DNA of 20,896 nt. Origin: Piromyces finnis finn (taxonomy: Eukaryota > Fungi > Neocallimastigomycota). Both the position numbers and the translations under genes were made by a program. Where the stretch lies: positions 1 through 20,896 of the forward strand of contig MCFH01000181.1 in the NCBI GenBank assembly GCA_002104945.1, in the 5' to 3' direction. Shown here piece by piece: positions 11,390 to 20,896 of the stretch. How positions within the stretch are numbered: the stretch's first letter is position 1; each line of letters starts with the position of its first letter. A model generated the notes under the pieces. The model was not told where the DNA came from. It was given only the letters and a program-made list of their open reading frames with translations, and ran no database searches.

Positions 11390-14271
11390 ATGAATTGTTT
11401 AAGTCAATGCTTTAGTATTTGTTTTGGTAGAAAACGTAAGTATAATTGATAAATCAGTAATATTTATTTTTAATAAATATATCTATATATATATGCTTTT
11501 TTTTTTTAAAAAAAAAAAAAAGAAAAGTTATTGATATATGAAATTATGTTGAAATATAAAGGTAATTTAGGAAATGATGTTTTGAACCATTATTACAGGA
11601 AAATGAAAGAGATGCTGTAACCGAACTTTTACAATATCTTGAAAGTAATTATTAATGAAGAATGAATAACAAATTAGTTATTATATATGAAAATGGTGGA
11701 AAAAAATACATTTTTTTTTTAAATAAATAAAAATAAAAAATAGACCGTAAGAGAACTGATTTCTTCCAAGGAGATCCACTTCGTACTCTTTCCACATTAG
11801 CTTATTCTGAAAATATTGATTTAAAGCGTTCAGCTGCTCTAGCTTTTGCTGAAATTACAGAAAAAGGTAAAGATTTAATAATGAATGAATGAATACAAAG
11901 ATCGTAAATATGTATATTGACCATTGATAACTATTGTAATGATAAACTAATTATAAATTTCCCTTAAATTATTATAGATGTTGAGAGGTTAATCGCGATA
12001 CATTAGAACCAATTATGTATCTTTTACAAACCAATGATTCAGAAGTTCAAAGAGCTGCTGCTGCTGCTTGGTAACTTAGCTGTTACTGTTCCAAATAAAT
12101 TATTAATTGTTCAACTTGGTGGTCTTGAACCTTTAATTCAATTAATGAAGTCATCAAATGTTGAAGTTCAATGTAATGCAGTTGGCTGTATTACTAATTT
12201 AGCTACACATAGTAAGTATCCACAGTTGAACATTTCATTAATTTAGATTTTCCATTTTTTTTTCATTTGAAAAAGTTTGAAAATTAAAATTAAAATTTAT
12301 AATAATACTATGTTATTAAATAAAAAGATGAAAATAAGGGAAAGATTGCTAGAAGTGGTGCTTTAGTTGAATTAGTAAAGCTTGCCAAATCGAAAGATAT
12401 CAGAGTTCAAAGAAATGCTACTGGTGCTTTATTAAATATGACACATACAGGTAACTAATTTATTAATTACTGTTATTATTATTATTATGTTTATTATTTA
12501 ATTTTTAATGAAATAAAGAATATAGACTAATTTTAACTCCAATATACACTTATATTATTATACAGAGGATAACCGTCATCAATTAGTTAACGCAGGTGCT
12601 ATTCCATTATTAGTTAGTTTATTAAATTCTAATGATAAAGATGTTCAATACTATTGTATAACAGCCATTAGTATATAGCAGTAGATGGTAAATAGTTAAA
12701 AAGGAAATAAATCAAGATTTATAGCCATTTTTTAATATCCATTTTTTTTTTTCAATATAGCTGATAATAGAGTAAAATTGGCCAATGAATCCAAATTAAT
12801 TCAATATTTAATACATTTAATGAATTCTCAAATACCAAAAATTCAATGTCAAGCCGCTTTAGCTTTAAGAAATTTAGCCTCAGATGGTAAATTAAACGAA
12901 TTTATAACATCATTTTTAAATAGATTATAAAGGTGGGAAGAGTAAGCTCAAATTATTAATTACTTTTTTTTTATTATTGTTGAATAGAAAAATTCCAAAT
13001 AGAAATTGTTGAATGTGGCGGTTTACCACCATTATTAGAACTTTTAAAATCAAATACTCAACAAATTATACTAGCAGCTGTAGCATGCATAAGAAATTTT
13101 CTATTCATAGTGTAAACGAGAAACCAATTGTTGAAGCTGGTTTCTTAAAATTATTAATTGAATTAATATCATCAGATAAAGGAGAAGAAATTCAATGCCA
13201 TGCTCTTAGTACCATAAGAAACTTGGCTGCTTCTGATTATAATAAAAAGTTAATTGTTAAAGAAGGTGCAGCTGAAATTATTATAAATCTTTTAATTGAA
13301 TCTAAATAATTCATTCTGGTAAGGGAAAGGCAACATCTTCATCCTATCTTGCCAATGGCCAAACCTATGGTCCAATAATAAAAAGTGAAATGACTGCAGC
13401 TTTAGCTATTTTAGCTTTAAGTGGTAATGTATTTTTAACTTAAAAATTTTCAAAAAAAAAAAAAAAAATTATTAAATATAATTAAAATATTAATAAATCA
13501 AATAGATGAAATAAGACCACTTTATTCAAGATTAGAATTTGTGATGCTATATTCCCACTTACTGGTGAAAATGAATTACTTGAAGTTCAAGGTAACCTAT
13601 TTAATAGACATGTATTATATATTATAATATATTTCCTTTTATAATTATTATTATATTTATTACTCATAATAATAAACTTAATATTGATTAAATTAACATT
13701 ATTATTCCAATAGCAAATGCTGCTTCTTGTATTGGTAATCTTGCCATTCATTTAGAAGATGATTTCCATTTGTTGAAGCCTGGCCACAAATTGTAAACTA
13801 TTTATCAAGATTCTTAGAATCAAGAGATTTAACATTACAACATATTGCATTATGGACTATATTGCAATTTATTGAATCTGATGGTAATTTTTTTTTTTTT
13901 TTAATTTTAATGTGAATTATTTTTTGATATTGATATATTATTAATATTTTATTATTTTTATTATTCTTTATATATGTTATATATAAAACAGGTTCATTAA
14001 AGCTTCTATTAAGTAACTTCAGCATTAGTAAATAAAATATTAAAATTATTAAAGGTATTAATGATAATTTAGAAAAAGTAGTAATAATAAATGCCAATAT
14101 ACAATACAAGAAATAAGAAGAATTATTACATATATCAAATGGTTTATCTTCAATGGAAGTGAAGATGAAAGTGAGATGATGTGATGAAGATGACGAGATG
14201 ATGGTAGTAATGATGAAGCATCTACATTTCCAATCAAGAACAATCCACCAATTATTAAGACACATATATAA
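11390..14271 (+). CDS. VAC8: Vacuolar protein 8 (armadillo-repeat protein), 11 exons, with several frame-shifting indels
   Basis: Exons: 11390-11435, 11562 (or 11571)-11644, 11744-11866, 11978-12211, 12328-12450, 12566-12687, 12761-12886, 12988-13423, 13506-13591, 13714-13883, 13992 to about 14271; all introns GT-AG. Peptides match fungal Vac8: [61 protein letters not shown]...[94 protein letters not shown]. The last exon has several indels, so the stop position is approximate. Confidence 0.93.
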
Positions 14272-14836
14272 AGAAAATATTAAAAATAGTAATATTAATT
14301 CTAATTCTATTTTAATAATATAATAAATAATAATAATTAATTAAATAATAAAATAAAAATAAAAAAAAAAATGATAATAAATACATAAAATAAAGAAATA
14401 TGTGATTTTTTTTTTTTTTTTTTTTTTTTTTTATTTCTTTTTCATCTTTTATATAAAATAATTTTTTTTTTTTTTATTTTCTTTTATTTTTTATTATTAT
14501 ATTATAAAATTAATATATAATAGTATATACACACATAAATATATATATATTTTTATATATGTGAAAATAATATAAAAATATCATTTTTTTTTTTTTCATC
14601 TTTTTTCCGTAATAAAGAAAGAAAGGAGAAAGAAAAAAAAAAAGTTTGAGAGAAAGGAGTTCAAGTAACGAAATAATATATATTAAAAAAAACACACACA
14701 CACATCATCATATAAAACAAAAAACAAAAAGAACTTTACGAAAACTAAAAAATCAATAATTTTTTTAAAAAAATATATGTAAAAAAACTATATCACAAAA
14801 AATTATTTTATTATATAAGCCAAGCAAACAAACGAA

Positions 14837-15031
14837 TAAATAACTAAATAAATAACTAAATAAATAAATAAATAAGTAAATAAATAACTAAATAATAATA
14901 AGTAAATAAATAAATAAATAAGTAAATAAATAAATAAATAAATAATAAGTAAATAAATAAATAAATAAATAAGTAAATAACTAACTAAATAACTAACTAA
15001 CTAACTAAATAAATAATAAGTAAATAATAAA
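14837..15031 (+). repeat. Compound tetranucleotide repeat (TAAA/TAAC/TAAG)n
   Basis: Direct read. TAAA backbone with TAAG and TAAC variants and occasional TAA trimers; TAAC units cluster at about 14978-15005. Confidence 0.92.
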
Positions 15032-15242
15032 TATAAACAATGTATAGATAAAAAAGATAAAGAAATTATTATTATATAACAAAATATTAAGAGTTTCATT
15101 TCATTAAAGATTTATATATAAAAAAAACGACTTTTTTTTTTTTTTACTATTCTTATATTCTTGTGTAAGTACCTAAATATTATTATTTATATACTTTGGT
15201 TTTATTGTTAAAACAACACATCAATATAATAATAAATACAAA

Positions 15243-15273
<31 letters not shown>

Positions 15274-15722
15274 TTATGTTTTTTTTTATTATTTATTGAT
15301 TATTATTATTTAGTAATTTATATTTATATATTTATTTTTATTCAACCATTTTTTTTTTTTTTTTTAAAAAAAATGAGTATAGGTTATTGATATGGAATTA
15401 AAATTGAATAAGGGAAAAATAAAGTAATAATAATAAAAAAAAAGTTGAATAAAAATAATAATAATAATAATAACAATAATAATAACAATAAGAATAATAA
15501 TGTATGATAAGTTTTAGTATGAAATATTTTAAAAATATATATTGAAAAAGAAGAAAGAAGAAAAAAAAAATAATAAAAATCAGAATATACTTTATATATA
15601 TATATATATAAAAATGAGATGAATAAAACTCTTTTTTTTTTTTTTTATTATATTTGCGCTATTAATTATTAATATTTAATGGATTATGAAAAGTGTTATG
15701 TATAAATATAGATATACTCTAT

Positions 15723-18681
15723 TTATGCTGATGTGTATCTCCAAATTCTTGCTTTTCTATCACCGGAACCTGTAGCGAACATTCCACCAATTGGACTTAA
15801 CGCTATGCTTATTACTAATGATTCATTGTTGGTTTATCATAAAAGTATATAGAGAAGAAGAAAAAAAAATATAAAAGATTGATATTAATAATAGTTTAAA
15901 AAAAATTTTATTTGGTTTTATTCATTAAAATTAAATTTTTTTTTTTAAAAAAAAAAATTACCAGAGTTATTATGTCCTTGTAAATAAATTGTGCTACTGG
16001 TAGTTGGATCACCATGTATACTTGGTTAGCATTCCAGAATGTAACTGTTCTATCCTTACTACACTTACTACCATTCGTTACTTTCACGGTTTTCATATTG
16101 TTGAGATGAACTGAAACCAACACTTAAAACGAAATCACGATGACCAGTAAAGGTGTGACGACAATTTTATTAATAATTGGTTCAAAGTTTTTATCTCTTA
16201 TTTCTTCTGATCTTAAGTATTGTAAGGTTGTGGTGATATATCCCAAATCTTAATGTTTTATCTAATGAACCGGATACAATTGATTTACCGTCATTTGAGA
16301 ATGCAACACTATAAACTGAATCTGGTGGTCCATCAAAACGTTCAAGAAGTTTACCAGTTCTGGTATCCCATAATCTAACAATTTTATCTAATGAACCCTA
16401 TTATTATGAAAATACAGTTTAAATAATTAATGACAAAAGTATATATTTTAATATATAAAAATATGATGTTTAACGTATCATAGTATGATACTTTAATATA
16501 TATTATGAACTATAAATAATTACAGCAGCAACACATAACCGTCGATTGGGCTAATAGCAACACTTGTAACACCGGAATCTTTCATTTGATTATCATTGCC
16601 AATTGGCATAGTTGGATCATTTTCATTCTTCATAGTTAATGTACAACTCTTGGTATCTAAATTCCAAACCTTTACAGTACGATCACCACTACACTGACAA
16701 TTGTTTTTTCCATCCTTTGACCAATCTAAATGTAAATATCTTGATCATGACTTCCCAATTATATATAATATTTGTTTTTTTTTGATATCCATACTCTTAC
16801 AATTTTATCTTCAGCACCAGTAGCTAAATATCTACCACATGGTGAGAAACAAACACTACGAATATATAAATCACCTTCTTTTTGTGTAGTCTTTTCAACC
16901 AATTCGCTATAAATAGTTTATTTATTATAAAAAGTTTAGGTTGAATAGTCAATACAAATTCAGGGATACATGTCAAGGATAATTTATATTTATAAAAATT
17001 TTATAATAGTATAAATAAATTAAGATTAACAAAATTTTATATTTAGTAAATATATTTGTTTTTTTTTTTTTTTTTTTTTTTTTTTATTTTAATGAATAAT
17101 AATTTATTTATGATTTATTATTTATTTTCATAAACTTTTATTAATTTATTCTATTGTTAATACTTACCAACTTTGGTACAAGAAGCAACATCAAGATTTG
17201 TGAAACTCTATTACAACCAGTGCTAAATATTTACCATCACTAGAAATTTTACACAGCAAACAACACTATAAAATTATTATAAAACAAGAATAAAGTTGAT
17301 CCTATTAATTAAAGTTCTATTTTACTGGTTATATCATTTTTTTTGTCACTTTCAATTTTAATATATAATTATATCGGGCTTTTTTTTTTTTTTTTCTATT
17401 TTTAATAAATGATGTAAAATTTTCTATAATAATATATAAGCCATACCTATATGTTCTAATTGTGATATAATTCAATTTAATAATTTGGTGCTTTTTGGGT
17501 TATAAACAACTAACCAATCTTGACTTCTCTCTTGTATTCTCTTGGTATTTTATCTGGATCAAGATTACAAACACAGTAAATGGTTGTTCTTGTATTATCT
17601 GATATTAATAAATAATATGAATAATATTTATTGTTAATCTTAATATGAAATATATTTCTGCAAAAAAAAAAAAATTATAATGAAAATGTAGATATCCATT
17701 AAAGATTTATCTATATTTGTGTATATTTTAATGAAAAATTCCAATATTATATACTTAATAATAATGATGAACGACGATGATATATACTTTATTATTTTGT
17801 CTCATTGCCATTGGTGGTGGCTGCTGGCGATAATAATTATCTTCATTCTTTATTTGTTTTTGACGTGGTGATTCATTTTGTGGATTGCCATTCATGTAGC
17901 CTTTATTTTATTTCGGAAAATAAAGTACATTATATAATATATTTTTATCATTAATACATGTGAATTTAATAATACAAAATATTATATATATTTATGAGTA
18001 AAATAACGACTATTGGTTTGTTTCCTGTTTTTTTTTTTAAAAAAATTTCATTTATTCTTCATTTTATACTGATTTTGATATTTACCATCTCTATTATTAG
18101 ATAAATTTGGTGGTGGTACATTTTCATTGAATCTATTTCTTATTCTCATATCACCATTCATATTTGATATTCCTCCATTTTCCAAGTCCATTTTTTAATT
18201 TTTTAATTTCTTGTTTATATTGACGTTCCATTTCTAAATGTTTATTTTCGAATTGATTTAATATCTCTCTCATTTTCATTAATTCATCTTCTTGTGCATT
18301 TACTTTATTTCATGGAAATTATTTTGAATAAAAATTTATATATAGTAATATATATTTTTTAAAAAAATAGATAATAATTAAAAAGTATTTAGATATTTAG
18401 TAATTATTTTTAATTTTACAATAATTATATATAGTTTTCTTTTCGTATTGGCCACATGTTTGTTAAAAAAAAAAAACTTCAGTATTATAAAAAATAACTT
18501 TGAAATTCTTACTTTTTGCTTCATAGTCTTTAAGTTGAGATTGATATTGATCTCTTTCTTGCAATATTTTATTGAATTCATTTCTGGCTAATTCCATAAT
18601 TTCATAAAATTTTATGTTTTGATTTGATTTCATATTACCGTTACCATTATTTGGTAACATATGCCTATGTCCGTTATACAT
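15723..18681 (-). CDS. TUP1: Tup1 general transcriptional corepressor (Tup_N coiled coil, linker, WD40 propeller), 8 exons, with many frame-shifting indels
   Basis: Exons (minus strand): 18681-18513, 18302-18086, 17900-17755, 17598-17447, 17265-17168, 16906-16524, 16397-15962, 15814-15723 (stop TAA). N-terminal coiled coil: [47 protein letters not shown]...YKQEIKKLK. Tup1-diagnostic WD motifs: [149 protein letters not shown]. The 3-prime border of exon 3 is the least certain. Confidence 0.92.
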
Positions 18682-19244
18682 ATTTAATTATATTTAAATT
18701 GAGGTATCAAATAAATAAGCTAAATTTATATATATATATATAAAGGATAAAAATAAAATCAATGAGTATTTTATTTTTAAATTTATTTTAAAATAAACAA
18801 ATATTATTTCATAAATTTAGTAAAATAAAATTATAAGCCAATGATAAAAGTCTTATTTTAAAAAGTTTATAAAAGTCAATTTAATAAGATGATATTTAAA
18901 AATTATAATAAATTTTTATTCGCATAACTTGATTTTATATATCTATTTATATCCTTTACTATATGATCACATTAAAATTCCTTTTCAATTTTTAATATTT
19001 TTATATTAAAGATCATTCCAATAACATTGATTTGTTGTTTTAAAGATAATAGATAGAGTTAATTATGAAAACCTGATTTATTAAAATTTCATTGAATCCT
19101 TGTATTTAATTCGTTTTAATATAATTTAAATTAAAATATATAATATATATTATTTTTAAAATATATATATACTATTTACTGATATATTGATAAATACAAT
19201 TATTAAATATTTCAAATTATATATAGACATTAAAATTATAAAAT

Positions 19245-19283
19245 TATATATTATATATATTTATATATATTATATATATTATA
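19245..19283. repeat. Short (TTATATATA)n-type AT tandem repeat
   Basis: About four imperfect 9-10 bp units, read directly (ttatatatat ttatatatat tatatatatt ata). Confidence 0.7.
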
Positions 19284-20355
19284 CTCTATTATTCGCTTTG
19301 GTATTATTTTTATAAATATTTCATCCCTTTAATTTTTAGCATGAATAAAATATTTATTTATAATGATTTTAAAATCACTCTTTTAATTCATTAGCCATAC
19401 TACTTTTTAATGATTAATTATTAAATTTATATTAATCCTTTAATTTTATTTCGTTATAATACTTTTTTTTTTTTTTCAATTGTTTTCCTTTTCCTTTTCT
19501 TTTTTTAATACTATTATTATAAACAATCATTCCGCATCTGAAATTAAAATTGAATAAAATATTGAGGAAATTTATTATTTTTCTTTTTTCATACTTTGTT
19601 GGCTTATAATTTATTAATATTAGTGAATAAAAGAATTTGATGTTTACTATATGGTATAATCTTAAGATTAAATATATCTAATCTTTTTAAAAAGTAAGTA
19701 TTACTTTAACGTAAATTAATCTTTTTTTTAATTTCAAAATTAGATATTCTTTATATTTATTTAAAAAAAAATTTTTTTAAGGAAAAAAAAAAAAATAAAG
19801 TAAAATCAAAAAAAAAAAAAAAAATTAAATTCATAATATATTATTGATTATAAATAAATCAATTGATTTTTAATATTAAATTAAATTAAATTTTTTACTG
19901 TTAAAGGAAATAAAAAGATAAAAATAAGTTTTAAAAGGTGGAATAAAAGCATATTTAAAAAAATGAAAGGAAAGTATTAAAACTTAATAAGATGGTTATT
20001 ATATATATAAAAAAAAAAAAACAATTTTTAAATAGGTGAATAATGATGTTTAAAAATAAAAAGAAATATTTTATTTTTAAAAAAAAGGATGGAATTAATA
20101 AAATAACAGTGTAATATAAAGTAATTTAATAGTAATAAAATAAGCATAAAGGAATGAAGGAATGACTTATTCCTTTCAATTTAATTATTTATAATATCAA
20201 GTTTAATAAAAATTAGGATATCTATTTAATTCATTCATTATATTAGAAATACAAATTATACAATGAATTATAGAAATAGTGAATTAATAAAAAACAAATT
20301 TTAACAATTTATACTGTTTTTATTTGCAATTTATTTTTACATTCTTATTCTTTTA

Positions 20356-20447
20356 CTCACCTACCACCTACCCTCCTCCTACCTTTTAAAAAAACAACCT
20401 TTTCCTTACCCACTAATTTCACCATCACCACCACCACCACCACCACC
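20356..20447 (+). repeat. C-rich island with (CCA)6-7 and CCT/CCTA units (G-rich on the minus strand)
   Basis: ctcacctaccacctaccctcctcctacc...cacccactaatttcaccatcaccaccaccaccaccaccacc. Strong C/G strand skew in an otherwise A/T background. Confidence 0.85.
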
Positions 20448-20896
20448 TTTAAAACTGAGTTTTTTCTTCCTATTAATAATTAATAAAAAAAAAAAAAAGT
20501 GAATGAAACATGCAAAAATTACTGCCCATATATTATAATATATTTTTAATATAATTTATTCTATGATACAATTTAACTTTTCCATATAATTATATTAGTT
20601 AACATGATAATAATAATACAGAAATTTTAATTTTTTAATATATTTTACCACTTTAACCTAATCATTACAATTAATATATTGTAATTTATTTGAGAGTTGA
20701 CACATCCATATATTAAAATATATCAATCCAATTAATTTAAAAAATTATAAATTTGTTTTTTTTGAAAGGAAATTTAAAATTTAATTTAAAAAATCCAAAA
20801 TTTTAGATGAAAAAATTTAATTTTTTATTGTTTTAATTAAAATTCAATATATTTTATATATATTTATAATTTTTTGTTTATTTTAAAAAAAAAAAA

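Noticed and set aside
12034-12246. 70-aa ORF (also 13013-13309 and 15908-16123) as separate genes
   Set aside because: They are hybrid frames created by indels within VAC8 and TUP1 exons and run into introns.
13301-13312. AAA-TAA as a Euplotes-type +1 frameshift site
   Set aside because: Homology continues in the -1 frame; the +1 frame stops four codons later (AAT TCA TTC TGG TAA).
13798-14265. 155-aa and 61-aa minus-strand ORFs
   Set aside because: Antisense to VAC8 exons 10-11 and intron 10; they read through a poly-A tract as KKKKK.
14510-14701. 63-aa minus-strand ORF
   Set aside because: Low-complexity 3-prime flank sequence.
18378-18581. 67-aa minus-strand ORF
   Set aside because: Alternative frame over TUP1 exon 1 and intron 1.
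18727-18740. (TA)n tracts near gene 5-prime ends (also 2702-2715, 11484-11494) as 6mA/ApT promoter clusters known from early-diverging fungi
   Set aside because: Equally long tracts occur at 3-prime positions (15593-15610), and methylation cannot be read from sequence.

Overview
Very AT-rich eukaryotic nuclear DNA with short GT-AG introns (73-261 nt in my models). It is most consistent with an anaerobic gut fungus (Neocallimastigomycota); this is inferred from composition, a fungal-type Vac8 and the ankyrin-like family. Four protein-coding genes are supported: (1) a 2-exon LEA_2/NDR1-HIN1-like type II membrane protein (2520-3815, +); (2) an intronless ankyrin-like gene (5272-5969, +); (3) an 11-exon VAC8 armadillo-repeat gene (11390 to about 14271, +); (4) an 8-exon TUP1 WD40 corepressor (15723-18681, -), convergent with VAC8. 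All four are broken by small frame-shifting indels, mostly single-base losses in short runs, while splice sites and protein conservation are intact. This is best explained by uncorrected long-read error, and it is why the ORF track shows only fragments. There is no prokaryotic system, CRISPR array, rRNA, tRNA or recognisable intact transposon, and I found no clearly novel biological system. The best leads are: VAC8 introns that are all phase 1 and fall at ARM-repeat boundaries; a Vac8 N-terminus with three Cys but no Gly2; three TAYTCATTCY motifs at exact 29-bp spacing upstream of the ankyrin-like gene; a possible decayed ankyrin paralogue; and a C-rich/G-rich island with exon-like borders. 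All gene models were built by hand.
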